From assembly GCA_965113315.1 (NCBI GenBank), contig OZ220368.1: a DNA stretch of 64,000 nt. One strand, written 5' to 3'. Shown one piece after another: positions 47,301-60,753 of this stretch; the first letter of the stretch is position 1, and each line of letters begins with the position of its first letter. This stretch comes from Podarcis vaucheri. Its lineage: Eukaryota. The translations under genes were made by a program, and so were the position numbers. Under the pieces are notes generated by a model, which worked only from the letters and a program-made list of their open reading frames with translations, searched no databases and had not been told where the DNA came from.

Positions 47301-50168
47301 TTGTTTAGACTGATGATGATTCCATCTGCCTGCCCTGCCCCCATGACTTTGCTTTCTAAGACCTTGGATTTCACATCTAAACAAGCACAGCCTTCCAGCA
47401 AGTTGCTAATGGAGAGGAGGGGAGATCCCACATTCACCTTTAGTTAATGATAAATAGCATGTACAGTGGTACCTCGGGTTAAGAACTTAATTCGTTCTGG
47501 AGGTCCATTCTTAACCTGAAACTGTTCTTAACCTGAGGTAGCACTTTAGCTAATGGGGCCTCCCACTGCTGCCATGGCGCGATTTCTGTTCCCATCCTGA
47601 AGCAAAGTTCTTAACCTGAGGTACTATTTCTGGGTTAGCTGAGTCTGTAACCTGAAGCGTCTATAACCTGAAGCGCCTGTAACCCGAGGTACCACTGTAT
47701 ATAACACTTAATGGAGTATTTTAAAGCTTTGCATCACATACATAGGGTTGTATCCGATGCTAGTCCTTAGTTGGATGCAATCCATTATTATCAGTAATCC
47801 TGACAACCACCCCATGTTGCAGGCTGGGAGGAGGAGTAGCTGAAGCTGACGGTGGTTGACCTGCCTAAGACCACCTAGTGACTTAATAGAAGAGGCGTCA
47901 TTTGGCCTTCCCAGGTCATGCTCTTCTTAGTCACAGAAGTGCATCAGCTTATTTGAGTACAGCAACATGAATACAGTATATTAACCTTATGCAAGAAGAC
48001 TTCACTGATTTGGGGGGTTCCTGCCAAGAAGAGGGACTGTCAAACAAGCACCTGTTTCTCTCTAAATCAATTCCAGGTGGCAGCCTAGCTCTGTAGGGGA
48101 ACCCTTGGGGTCTCATTAAAGAAAAAGATCAAATTATTGCTGAGCAAGGGGATGGAAGTGCTTCTGGAATTGTCTCAGTGTGCTTGATGAAAGATCTGTG
48201 CCAGATCACAAAGAAATGGCAATATAACAGTGTAACTGCATAAGAACACTACAGTGGTACCTCAGTTTACGAACTTAATCTGTTCCGGAAGTCTGTTCTT
48301 AAACCGAGGTGCACTTTCCCATATGAGGCCTCCCGCAGCCGGTGCCCTTCCACCGTTCGGATTCCGTTCTTAGACCGAGGTAAAGCTCTCAAACCAAGAC
48401 ACTATTTCCGGTTTTGCGGAGTTTATAAACCAAATCGTTCTTAAACCGGACTGTTCTTAAACCGAGGTATCACTGTATTCAGAAGAAAGGGATGGACAAT
48501 TAAAATTGCAACCTTAAGAACAAACCAACCCACCATTGTCAACATTTTATCAACAAAAAGTGTGTCTATTAATGCTCAGCTATAGGCCTGCTTTTCTCAT
48601 TCTTAGATGCAGTCTCATTATGGGAGATGAAATGTGCACAGATGGCCTCCTCAAATGGAAATAAACACCATGAATCCCAGGCAGTATTACTTACAAACAG
48701 ACATTGCAACAAGTGAGATATTTGCACTGTCAACAGGGAAATTCTAAATAAGGAGGACACCAGAGGCCTCGCCTCTCAGTTGTAAATGGGTTTCCCCTTC
48801 TCTTCCTGTTTCTGTATCTTTGAAAGGAGCTTGATCCAGCCCCCTTGTCTTCCATCCTCTTTCCCTCCTGTTTTTTCATGTCTCGTTCCCAGATGTACCT
48901 GTGAAGTTTCCTGGCCATCTGAGATTGCAGTCCTGACAACAACCTTTTTGGGGGCTTGCAGATGTTTGTTCACACAAAGGCACAGCTAGCATGAAAGTAA
49001 TATGGGTTGTAGCCTGACATGATAAAACAGCAATGGGAAAACTGTGTCTCTCCAAATGCTGCTGGACTACAACTCCCATTATCCTTGATTATTGGTCAGA
49101 GGGCTACAAGTTCCCATCCCTGCTGTACAAAAAGTTGGCAACATTTTATAATGGTGAAGTCACCGCTTCTTGTTTTCACCTTCACCGTTTAATCATGGTT
49201 TTTGTTTTCAAATCAGATGGAAGCTGGTTTGAGAGAAAGTGCACCAATCAGCAGTACTTCTCAGTAAACTACAGGATATGGTTGGATGATGGCTAATGTC
49301 ACACATACATGGCTTCAAACACCAGCAGCGGGAGCCCATTGGAGTCACAGTAAACAATAATGCGTACACAACCTCAGCCTGACGAATGTTAGATCTAGCC
49401 CCATGTTTTCACTCGTGTATCAAATTTCATTTTCCTTCACAAGCAGCAAACAACAACTGGCCTACATATTTTGGCTACTTTTCAGCAGCAAATAATTTCT
49501 CCATGGCACAGGTGTTTTTGTACTGCAGAAAGCAATCGTGTAATTGTAGACTGAGCAGTTTCTAGTTCTGCTTGCACAATGTCTTCGGCTACAGGCTGTG
49601 ACTGTGAGAGTGACGCAGGCATAGCACTGACAGTGGAGTACTGAGCACTGACAATCCTGTAACCCTGATCAGATGGAAATTAAAAATTATTAGTGGTCTG
49701 ATCTGCATGGGGAAGAAGGGGATGACAAGCCTTCCTCAACAAAATTCATTATTGGCAAAGTCCATTGCCACTGTTGCTGTTTCCCCACCACACTCTTTTA
49801 TTTCAGCTTTGGTAACAACAACAACTAGGAACCATGCAATAAACACCAATCACTGAATGCAAACCCTCTTTCTTGCATTAACATTGAATCTTGCAGCCTG
49901 ATTTCAGTTATGTTTACTCAACATTCAAAGGGACCTACTTTCCAGTAGGTGCTGGGGTCTTGAGCCTACCTTTGTACTGAGGTGTGAATCGTTTCATCGC
50001 TGCAGGGAGAGTCTCGTAGAACCACTGCTCCTGGGAGACGAGGGGTTTGCAGACGGTGTAGTCATCATACTTCATCATGCTCATGTGGCCTCCAACCTGG
50101 TGGATAAATGGCTCCAGCACAATCCATTTTCTAGAATCCCCAAGGTCCAGATTATTCTGCACCACCAT
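35630..50168 (-). CDS. IP6K3: Inositol hexakisphosphate kinase 3, complete CDS, 410 aa
   Basis: complement(join(35630..36097,36588..36763,37814..37992,38970..39180,49970..50168)) = 1233 nt. N-terminus MVVQN...[11 protein letters not shown]; IPK motifs PCILDLKMG (PxxxDxKxG), SSLL, MIDFAH; syntenic with UQCC2/ITPR3. Confidence 0.96.
36588..36763 (-). CDS. IP6K3: IP6K3 coding exon 4 (catalytic PxxxDxKxG)
   Basis: tccag|AA ... CAG|gtaaga; FLLLENVV...[17 protein letters not shown]. Confidence 0.96.
36764..37813 (-). other. U12-type (minor spliceosome) GT-AG intron of IP6K3
   Basis: 5' GTATCTTT; branch site TTCCTTAAC (36776-36784) about 12 nt from the AG; no polypyrimidine tract. Confidence 0.88.
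37814..37992 (-). CDS. IP6K3: IP6K3 coding exon 3
   Basis: catag|C ... C|gtatcttt; [17 protein letters not shown]. Confidence 0.93.
38970..39180 (-). CDS. IP6K3: IP6K3 coding exon 2
   Basis: taaag|GT ATT GTT ... AG|gtaagg; [21 protein letters not shown]. Confidence 0.92.
39656..39782 (-). mobile_element. tRNA-Lys-derived SINE with CR1-like tail (degenerate)
   Basis: Reverse-complement homology to 26107-26250. Confidence 0.8.
40937..41143 (+). mobile_element. tRNA-derived SINE with L2-like tail (Squam3/MIR-like)
   Basis: tgtggtgcagtggttagagtg A-box, gagttcaattcc B-box, cctcacagggttgttg core, (AAT)n tail. Confidence 0.7.
44311..44378. repeat. Compound T11-G12-(AG)n microsatellite
   Basis: Direct reading. 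Confidence 0.95.
47464..47697. mobile_element. Tc1/mariner (Tigger-like) MITE
   Basis: TA|CAGTGGTACCTCGGGTTA ... TAACCCGAGGTACCACTG|TA. Confidence 0.9.
48252..48475. mobile_element. Tc1/mariner (Tigger-like) MITE
   Basis: TA|CAGTGGTACCTCAGTTTA ... TAAACCGAGGTATCACTG|TA. Confidence 0.88.
49970..50168 (-). CDS. IP6K3: IP6K3 first coding exon (CDS part; exon probably starts at acceptor 50378)
   Basis: Strong Kozak gcaccATGG; donor G|gtaggc; upstream acceptor tttag|g gives a 210-nt ATG-free 5' UTR segment. Confidence 0.94.
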
Positions 50169-52499
50169 GGTGCAGCAGAGGCACTGGAGCACCTCTCTGT
50201 GTGTCTCCGCCCGTCTCTCTTAGATGCTAAGCCACGAATGGAGAAACAACCTGACGTTCGTTCTCTCTAGCTGGGAATAGAAGATGGCTTGAGGCTCTTC
50301 ACGCCAGCAAGTGAGCTCAGTTCTAAAGCGCCTGTGCCTTCTGGCTGCTGAGTAATCCTCTGAGAACTTTTCTGTAACCTAAAGCATAAATTAAGCAGTT
50401 CAGAAAACAGGAACAAATTGCTTCCTCGCTCCCAATTCTCCACCATCCAATGCAATTCCCATAAAGGTCAGACACTTCACAAGCATTATATGTGCTGATT
50501 TCTGGGCTAAGGGAAGGCTATATAGCCAGGAAATGAATGCATATTCCACATAACACACTTTTAGAGAGATAGTTACGGGCTGCGTTCCAAAGGCCTGAGG
50601 TATGTATCCAAGGTGGACCCAATTTAGATTGCATGGATAAGGTTGGCAGAGCAGAAAGGTAAGGAAACATGACCTAGGAGAGCTATCAGGTTAATGTGGC
50701 TCTCCTGAAAGCAGCTAGATCAGGGCATTCCTACTGCCAGCTAACATAAGGTTATTAATAAGCTCCTTCTCTCTCCTTATGGAGACTCCTGGTTGGGAGA
50801 ACAATCTCCATTTGCTTACCGGGGAGCTGCTAATGAGCTTTTCTACTTTGTCTCTGGGACCCCAGGATCAGGACATCCCCTGCCAATAAAGTGACACATT
50901 GGGAAACCCACATCAGACATTCCTCACCCATTAACATCTTGGCATCAACAAAAGTGGTTTTTGCCTTTCACTCATGGAATCACTTCACCTCCCTGTACCC
51001 ACATCTTCCCGAAAGAAACCTCAGATCAGGATGTTCCACATCTCCTAACACTACGACACAGGGAAAGGTTTCCCTTTTCCTTGTAAAGTCACAGGACAGT
51101 ACTTTTCTTTATTTTTAACCTCCTCCTGCAAGGACAATATATTTATATATGCCCTGATGTGACTTCGTGAGGCAAGGGGGAAAGGAAAATGTTTGCTGAT
51201 GACATTTTATTGACTGGTGTGGTATGTCCTGATCTGAGTTTTTTTAATAGAAAAACCGAGGAGGGCACACACAGAGAGAGGTGGCCTGTCTGTCTTCCCT
51301 TGCTCTCTCCCAAGATACAGCATTCACCCCTGACCACAAGGAAGGCCCACCCCATGACCAGCAGCAGTGACTAGAGGATGTTCTTGGCTGTTCTTCCATG
51401 AGATTGCTCACCAACTTATTCTATGCAAGCTCCAGGGCAGACAGTTATGCAACAGGTGAAGGTGGAGCTGGTGCCACAAGAGGCACTGAACCCGCTATCC
51501 TTGCTGTCTGCTGAGCCACTGTCAAAGGTGCAAGAGCATTGTTCCACCAGCACCAAAAAATGGTGTATAGGAATGCTTTGCTGATATCAAATAAAACATC
51601 CTCCCACTTCCCACTTTGGGAACAATTTTGATTTATTTTTTTGCAGATTTAATATTTACCTGCTTCTTGAAAACATTAACTACCCTACACATGTCTATAT
51701 GTTTAGATCCATCAGATGTTATAAAGTGTTCTGTTTTAAAGTCAAGAAAGAAGCAAATGTGTCACCCAAACAGTAATGGAAAAATATATATACTAACTTT
51801 AGCCAGTAGAGGGCAAGAATGTACGCAACTGGTTCTGTACAATCTGCCTTAAATATCAGGCACAGGGGCAGATCCACACAGTGCAGTCTAGTAAAATACA
51901 CTGGGGCTTCTAAGAAAACAGGATGTGGGTTGGGGCGCAATGCTGCCATTTTAAAATGTATTATAATATATTTATTGAATCCTGATCTTTATTTGTATTT
52001 GTACTTTAAAATGTCTGCAAATCACTTGTGCAAAATGTTATGCGGTATAGAAATTTTCTAAATAAATGAATTTGAGCCTGACAAACTGAAAGAAAGCCCC
52101 ACTGAAATAAAGAAGAGTTGTTTTCAATTAGATATGCTGATTTAAAATATCACCGCCTGATCCTTTTTAGACTTGGCCATTAAGTAGACATGGTTTCTAT
52201 CCTCCCAGAGGTTGCAGACACAGATAGAATAGAAATTTGGCATATTCAATCAAAATGCAAACAATTGCCCAAAGCTATTAATCACACACAAAATGGTTAA
52301 AGTTTGAAATAATTTAAGTGGCTAAAATATCTACTTTTATAATCCACACATAGTCCCTAAAGATGTCAATAAGTCAATATGCTTATCTTAAAAGCACTGA
52401 GAGTTGGGCTTCCACAAGACTTACAAAATCACTTTATACAACAAAATAGTGCCTCTGGGACTCCTCAGATCCATTTCTACTTTTCCATGCACTTAAAAT

Positions 52500-52782
52500 A
52501 TGGAATTTACCGCCATAGAATGTGGTGATGGCCACCAATTTAGACAATGGTTTTAAATGAAGATTACATAAATCTATTGAGGATAAAGCAACCCATGGCT
52601 AGTTAGGATGCCTATATATCATTCTCTGCTGTCAGAAGTAGCAGGCCTTTGAATGCCAGTCGCTGGGGCTCCACAGCAGGACTTTTGTGGACTACCTGTG
52701 GGCATCTGGCTGGCCACTGTGGGAAAGAGGATGCTAGACTAGAGAGACCTTTGCTCTCTAGTGGGGCTCTTCTTCTGTTCTT
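52500..52782 (+). mobile_element. CR1-type LINE 3' end
   Basis: gtggtgatggccaccaat...ggctggccactgtggga...ggatgctagactaga...ttctgttctta; a second tail at about 53140-53243. Confidence 0.65.
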
Positions 52783-53731
52783 ACTGAGTTCCAAAATTAA
52801 TTGTTACATCAGTGGCTGGATGGGGCACCATGGGTGGCTTCACCAAGAGGCAGTAAGATAATCAGCCAGCTTAGCCTATAGTACTGTTATGATTTTGGGT
52901 GGGAGGAACAAGGCTGTATGCAAGATCCTTCTAACGCCTGGATCCAGCAAGTGTTAAAGCATAAGCCAGGCTATGTTGAGGAGATTGCTTGGGTGATGGA
53001 CCATTAAGAGAACAAAGGAAAGAGAAATGCAGCACAAAAGGAAGTCCAGATCAGCCCTTAATGAATGGCACCATCTTTTCCCAGCCCATAAGAGCTGCAT
53101 CCTCCATTGCCTCTGAATACCAGTTATAGGAGTCATGAGTGGGGAGAGAACTCAGGTCCTGTTTGCAGGCTTTCCCACTGGATGAATAGGGTGCTAGGCT
53201 AGATGGGCTTTGGTCTGATTCAGCAGGGCTTTGTAATGTTCTTAACACATTGATGATGGCCCTTCCCACTTGTACCATTACAGCCCATTAGGCAAATTTG
53301 CTCCTAGCCGGTGAACTAAGCAAGCCACTAGCCACACATTGTAGCGAGGCACTTATTCCAAACCAAAAAACTGCAAGCAAAGGAAGCCATTTCAGAACGA
53401 AGCGAGGAGGACTGTAATGGGCAAAGTAAGTTGCCAGTGAGTACTGTGGCAAATGCAGGGTTATTTTTTTGGTGAACAGCAGGGTGTTAAAGCAGTGGTC
53501 TCCATTGCTGCCAGGTGGCACAAATAGGTACACATCCAACTTTGCAATCATATATGTATATTAAGACTTGAAAGCAAACGTTAGTTAGCCTATTCCCAAA
53601 GGCCAGATTTGCAGCAGAATTGAGAGTGCAGAGTAAATGGAGCCCCTTTGGTAGTCCCAAAAATAGCCAGCTGATTTAAATCTGCTTCCCCCATTGTGTA
53701 ATTCAGTCTCTCATTGCAGCCTGAGACATTT

Positions 53732-53760
53732 CAGACAGACAGAGAGACAGACAGACAGAC
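53732..53760. repeat. (AGAC)n microsatellite, imperfect
   Basis: cagacagacagagagacagacagacagac. Confidence 0.8.
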
Positions 53761-54764
53761 ACGTCTCTCTGTTGCTTTGTTGAAAGATTGCCCTAGTATC
53801 TGATCGAAAGCCCCCTGCATATATTGGGGAAAGATTTGGTTGACTTCAGCTAGCACTTTGCTTACTTCCATACAGACATTTCATGCACAAAGACAGGATG
53901 TGTAGCCTTAGTCCTCAGTGTTTTTCTAAATCTACTTTGGCTCCTTTTCCTTCATCTGAAAGAATAACTGTCTTGGGTGACAGAGTGCTGAAAATGAAAA
54001 GCTTCATTCTCTGTGAGGAGTCAAGTTCCAGCACCAAGGCCATAAATCCTTGTGTGCACAGACTCTGAGCCCTTTTAATCTTGTATTTCCTTTCCTGAAA
54101 GAATATGATGTTCATAAAGTTTATGTCTGGTCCCAGCATCCCTCATGTACAAGAAGCAAAGATACAGTTTGCTTTACTGAAGGATTTATATGGTTGCTCT
54201 GCAAAGCTAGAGGATTGCAGACAGCAAGGATGGGAGAGGCATTAGCCAGGATTGATATGCTGCAAAAATGCTGCATCTCTTTGCCTGTGATTGCTTGGGC
54301 ATTTGGGATAATGGAGGAACTGCTGTTGCTTTGGCAGGTGGTTTGTGTACCTTTAGTAAATTTTCTGTAGCTGTCCCTTGGTCTCCCCCCTGCCATAAGA
54401 TATATCTGAATAAGTGCCAATATTTTGGGGTGTGTGGCCATAAAAGCTTCCCCCCACTTCCTGCACCATAGTTGGCAGACACTTCTAGCTACCTTCATAA
54501 AAATGCTTCTGGCTTTCAGCTTTTTTCATTTCAGTATGGATCTAGGCCAGTTAGGCACTAAGTTCTGTGACCACCCTTTGCTAATTTAGGCAAAGGGAGG
54601 GTATTTTGCAAATATGCATATGGTACAGAACTACGAATAGGAATCTCCCTTGCTCTAATCTTTAGAGGGCTGAGCATATGGCCTGGAATGAACTCAAAAG
54701 GTACTGTGAAGCTGATCTCCAATTGCAAGGCTTTTCTGTGCCTTAGTCTTAATTGACTTTAATA

Positions 54765-54898
54765 TAAGGTTACCAGATTTCCCCCCCAATGAATCCAGGG
54801 ACAATTTCTAACTTCAGTAGGAATGATAGGATTTTGTCAGGGGACTGATTTGTAAATCTGGGGACTGTCCCCGGGAAACGGGGAGTCTGGTAACCTTA
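54765..54898. mobile_element. hAT (Blackjack-like) MITE
   Basis: 13-bp TIR TAAGGTTACCAGA / TCTGGTAACCTTA; perfect 8-bp TSD ctttaata. Confidence 0.9.
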
Positions 54899-57800
54899 CT
54901 TTAATAATGTTTGCAATCAGACCAAATTGTGACCTGAATTTGGTGACAGCACCAAGGTGGGAAAATCACTTTTTAATGGGGGCATAGGAAGGGCAAGAAG
55001 TTTGTCCCCAGTGACAGATTTCTGAAAGAGAAAAATATATTTCACTTCAACACTCTGGTGTTAACACATTTTCCTCTGTAGTCAATCATATTGATTTTGA
55101 AGAAGCCAACTTTCAAGTAAACATGCTTACAACAGCAGCTTTATTTTAATTCCCAGTGTAATTAGTATGTGAAAAGTGACTTTCCTTCAAGTAGCGGTCC
55201 GTGGAGAACAAGTAGCGGAGATTAAGTTACTTGTCCGGTGTGTGGGTGTGCGCTTCTCCTCTTTCCTCCTCCTCCTCCTCCTCCAGCATCAGCTAGGTCT
55301 GAAATATTCTGCTATGAACTGGAGGTTACATCATGGGTTTATTGACAGCCAATACAGATTTATTAGGCTAGCTACCTCTCCTGTTATACCGCAAAACAAA
55401 TTTGATCTCAAAGGCAGTGATTTTTTTAACCAGAGAGTAGCGGATTGGTCAAAATGTTCCATCACTAAGAGAGTTTTTTAATGGAATGAACTGGTCACAT
55501 CATAACAAATACTCCCTCTTCACCTCCACAGCAACATTAAGGTTAAGATTTGAGGAACATACTCCTCAACCTAAGAGTTTAGTGTTTCAGCCAAAGACTG
55601 CTATCATACAGTCTACTCAGCTGTGTAAGCAGATCTCATGGCCTTGGGCTTAGATCTCAAAGGCCTGCTAGTTAGAGACCCCTCTATAATTTTCAATGGG
55701 AATAATACCCTTTTTGTGCATGTTATAATATATTTATAGAAGACAAGGTCTAATATACTAAATTCTGTGCACTTAAGATTGAAATACACCTGCAGGTCAG
55801 CAAATATTTGGCAGCCTTTTCCCCACTCAGGAGCAATATGGGGATGTTGTAGAAACACTTACGCAGTGGGAACTAGAGAAGAATATTCAGAACGCCCGAA
55901 ATTCTCTCTAACATGAACAGCAATGCAGTGAAGTTTTGTAGAACTGAACTTAGTAGGTTTCACTTATTCAACCCCCTTGATTCATATTCCATCCTCATTG
56001 TCTAAGTCTGACCCTTTCTGATCCAAATGAAGGCTGTATACCCAAGTTTAAAAATCAACCACAACAGTCTATAATTTCAGAGCAAAATCAGAACCTTCCC
56101 TCTCTAGAGCTAAAAGAAGACTTTGGTGAATGCACAAGATAGTTACTCACTCAGCTGTTCCTTTGATAATCACCAGTACATGCAAAGGATATGGTGGTTC
56201 ACAACTATCCCAGATTCATCCGAGATGTTGATCCGCTTGGTTTGCTTGCTCTAATGCAGCCTTGCTTGGAAGTCCAGCCTCAGTATGTGAGTTGGGCTGT
56301 AAGGGAGGGAAGCGAATTGGAACACAAGGTGTCACCTGATCTTCTTGGAAATTCTTAACAAGCATCTGTTATGTGCAGCCGACAGCTGACGCAACTGGGC
56401 TTGGAGGGGGTTAAATGGCGACAAGGAGAAGGAAGAAAAACACTTGTGACAGTTATAGGGAAAAACCTGTGACTGTGGGCTGCTTTTAATATTTTGCATT
56501 TCCTACAAAGGACACTGCTCTGTCTAAGTCAGTGCTACTCAAAGTGGTTGTCCATGGACTGTTGCCAGTCTGTGAGCCATCGGCTGCTGGTCCATGGCGA
56601 CTCCACCACAGCTCAAGTTGGGTGGGACACTTCAGGGACCAAATATGGTACTTGTCCATGGCACATTTTTTGGGAGGGGGACATTGCCAGTCTAGGACAT
56701 CAGACAGCTTGAGAAGCACTGATCTTTGTGACAAAATGAACACTGCATGCAGATCGCCATATACATGTGCTCACATGTATTAGCATTTGCCACAGCTTCT
56801 TAACATGTGCACAGCTCATGTGTATGAAATAACATAAAGACGTGGGCATTATGGTCAAACATAATGACCCCCAGGTCCCCCACCGACTGTCATTGTTACT
56901 TGGAACTCTTCTATAATTCGAGTGAGCAATATATTTATCGTAATATTCGAGTCAGATTAAGGGACATGGAAAAACGAAACATCGAGTCAGCTGTAAATAA
57001 AATTTGCTCCCCCAAGTTTTATGGTTTAAATCCAACAGATAACAAGGTCACTTAGATTGCAAAATGAATAATTCCAGTCCAATGCAGGGCCTTTATGTTA
57101 CCCCATAGCTTTTGTCAAGGGCAGATATTTAAACATCCCCAGAAACGATAGACATTGCAGATGTTTTTTGAATGTGCTGGACAAAGTAGAACATATTCTC
57201 TTCTACTGTCCATTGTATACCCAGCTACGCAAACACACGCTATCCCCTTTTCTGGGTAGTCTAACATTATAGCACAATGAAAATATATGATTCTATCTGT
57301 CTTACATTAACCCAGAAGTAACTGCAAGGGTGGCTGAGTTTTTATCAATAGTATCTCTTAGAGTGGTGAATGGCACTATTTAGCGGGAAGAAACGCCAAT
57401 GAAAATCCTCGTTCTTACATATTTTTACATGGCTGTTTATTTGTATATATGTTAAAATTTTATATATGGGTGTTTTATGATGGCCTTTATTTGTAATGCC
57501 TAATAGAGGTTTGGAGAAGAAATAGACTGTCATTGTTACCTAGAACAGCTTGCCTTTGGGGGGAAAGCGAAGCATCTGATGCAGCTCAGAGCTGGTTAAT
57601 GTAATAACTGCTGAAAGTTGCTGGTACCATCTTAGGCAGATGCATGGATATGCTTGATTAAAACAGCACAGTCAGAATGAAGGTTCTTGCTCAGTTTCAC
57701 AGTTGGCATCTCCCAGAACATCCCTTCCTTGCCCCAGCCACAGAAGTGAGATGTGTGCAGTAGCGAGTTGAATGAAAGAAGTAGCTTACACCAGACAGCA

Positions 57801-60753
57801 TTTGTGATCTGCATGCTTTTATAAGGGTCAGGCCTTGCCAGATGCTGTGGCCCATTGCCTTTCAAGAGTCTTCTCTGCTCATCTTGCTGGTTACCCTGAA
57901 CTTTTCTTCTTTGGACAGAGCTGGAGCTGGCATGCAGATTGAATCTACCTGACACCCCTCAGATTCCAAATTCAGGAGTCATTGCAAACTTGAATCCTGA
58001 TACTTGTCCTCCCTACCACCCTTCCAGCCAGGCATGACTTTCAAGAACATTCTGTGCATTCCAGGTGGCTGCAAATGGTGGATACTGCCCACAAGTTTGG
58101 TGGTGCTCAAAACCTACCTTTAACAAACAAATCCAAAGTTAAAACAAAAACCAGACTTCGCATTATCACACTCATATAGTTGAATTAACGCCCTCTAAAT
58201 GCTGCACTTTCTGTCACTAAAGTGAATTAGCATATCCATTTCACCCATAAACACACATGGAAAGGATGGGGGAAACATCGTACTTCTTCACAACTTTGAC
58301 TGATCCTACAACAGGATGGTAAAATGGTTTTTAGAGGTAGCTTGAGGAATGCAAAACAATACAAGGTTGCATCTGCAACATTACAGCACATTGCTTCCCT
58401 CATAGAATCCTGGGAATTGTAGCTCCATGAGGGGTAATCTACAGCTCCCATGCTTATTTGGAGGAAACCATCTGCTTCAAATGTATGGCGTGGATATTTC
58501 TTAGTCCTTCTCAGTTTCCAGTGAACACATTTCAAATAGGTGAGGGCTCTTAGTCCAATAATTAGTAATAGAATGCTACATAAAAATTTTGAGAAGCAAA
58601 AGTATTCAGATTTAATGGAGTGATTTCAATAGAAATTTTGGCCTGAGATTTTGTTGCTGCTGTTGCGATGATAGAAAGGTAGGACTATAGATATATAATC
58701 CTGATGTATCGCAAGTATTGAGAGAGACAGAGACTCATCTACACTTCTGCTTGTACTGTCACCCCCCCCCCCAGAAAATCCACTCCTTAATGTTGAATCG
58801 GAGCAAACATTAGCGGAGTTTTCTGCAGATTGATATTTGCTCTGATCAGGGCCAGTCCAAGACATTTTGGCACCTGAGGCAAACCACAAAATGGTGCACC
58901 CACTCCCCATCAGGGAAGAAGGGGTGAGTGAAGTTCTACATCAGGAACAAGTGTGTGTGTGTGGGGGGGGGGTAAAGATCTACACTGGGATTTGCTGCTC
59001 CTCTGGATCCTGCCACCTGAGGTGGTTACCTCACCTTGCCACATGGGTTGGCCAGCACTGTCTCCAATTCAGCAATAAAGAGTTCATTTTCTCAGGGAAA
59101 GTGGTGGGACAAAGAGAAAACTGCCCAGATCCATGCATATGAGGCACAGGACAAGAGGAAGTGTGGATGAGCCCAGAGAGAGATTGCACCCAAATTTAAT
59201 CCCAGTTTCAGTTGGGTGCTGCAGTCAAGAGTCTATTAAAGAAAGATGTTGCATCCAGCCTAGGACGCACAAATGAACAAGAGAACAAATTGCTGGAGCA
59301 GAATTCCACAACTCTGGTCTTCATTGCCAGTTACACCCCCTTCCGGTTAGTTTCCCTGGGTAGGGCTCTACTAGCCTTCAGTTCTTTGAACCAAATATTC
59401 TTCACATATATTCTGCCTTTTTATTAAGTCCACATTGTGTTTTGGGACTCCCAGATGTTATCATAACACATGGATCACTGCTAACAATTAGCACTACACA
59501 AAGTGATTCATGTGGCTGAAGCAAATCGAGTTTTGCATGATGGGGAAGAAAAGTATTCTGTGGTGGGAGGGAGAGGTCATATATAAGCCAGGCTCTGGGA
59601 ACACAGGGACAGATTAAACAGTTCTTTGAACTAGGATGCCTTGTTCGTTTGCTGGGAAATATATCAAACCCAACCCGTGTCTTCCCCTCTGCATAGCCCG
59701 AGGAACCCTGCTCATATCCAGATGTCATTTCTGATCTGACTCCTCAGTCCTTACCTTTAATGTTTTGCCTATGAATTACTTTTTAAACATTTATGTTATG
59801 TGGATCTGGAGAACTCCCTTTGAATAACTTTACCTCAGGCTACAGAGGGAGGGAGAGCAAGGTTTTTGCTTGGTTTAAATGATTCTAAAGACTCACTCTG
59901 CTGCTTGGGGTGGTGGCAGCGGCAATTTGGCTGCATAAACTGCATCACTCATAGCCTAAATATTGGAAAGAAAAGGAATGATGAGGACTCCAGGTGACAT
60001 TAATACATATTTTCTGATGTTACCACATGCATCAGACTGAGATGGCGGAACAGACAGTATCTCTTCAAATGGTAGATTGAGGATACCTCTTTTGAAAGCT
60101 TTCCCAAGTTTTAAAAAAATTCCCTACAGATAGAAAACTAGCATATGAGGGAGAAGTGTTCTAGTGTAGCCCTTTGCTTGCTTACTATTTAAAGGGAGTA
60201 ATTGATTTAGAGAAACATTTAAAAATGTAATCTCCTACCTAGAAGCTGAAGTACCGCAGTCTGTTCTTCAACCACAGCATTCTATTCCTTCATTTTACTG
60301 CACAGAGCAGCCTAAGTTACAATGCATTGCGACTGGGATTCATTTAATCAATTTTATTTAATCCTGATTTATATTTGCATGCCAATTAGCCACGGCCAAA
60401 CCCAAGGGGTCTGCATCTGTTTTACTGCCAAATATCACTGGTCCAAGGCCTGCCTTGAAATGACAAGAAGCAAGTAGAAATTGTTCACCTAACTCAACAT
60501 GTTCTGTCTGACTTTCCCTCTTTTTTTCTTGGGTGTGAGTGACAAAACCACTTCGATCATTGCTATAATTCAGTAGGGCTGCTCAATTCCCTAGGATATT
60601 TCTCAGTTAGGTAGGGCTGCTAAATTCACTGAAATGTTTCTCCTCAAACTGCTGGCTCAATTCTGCAAAATTTTAGTAGAATCAGTGTTTATCGCCAACT
60701 AGCCTGCTTTTGAGCTTGGGATCCTGTTTGTATGAAGCATGTGTTCCACCACT

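Noticed and set aside
50169-50192. N-terminal extension of IP6K3 in the ORF track (MLQCLCCT)
   Set aside because: It starts at GTG; the true start is the strong-Kozak ATG at 50168 matching the MVVQN N-terminus.
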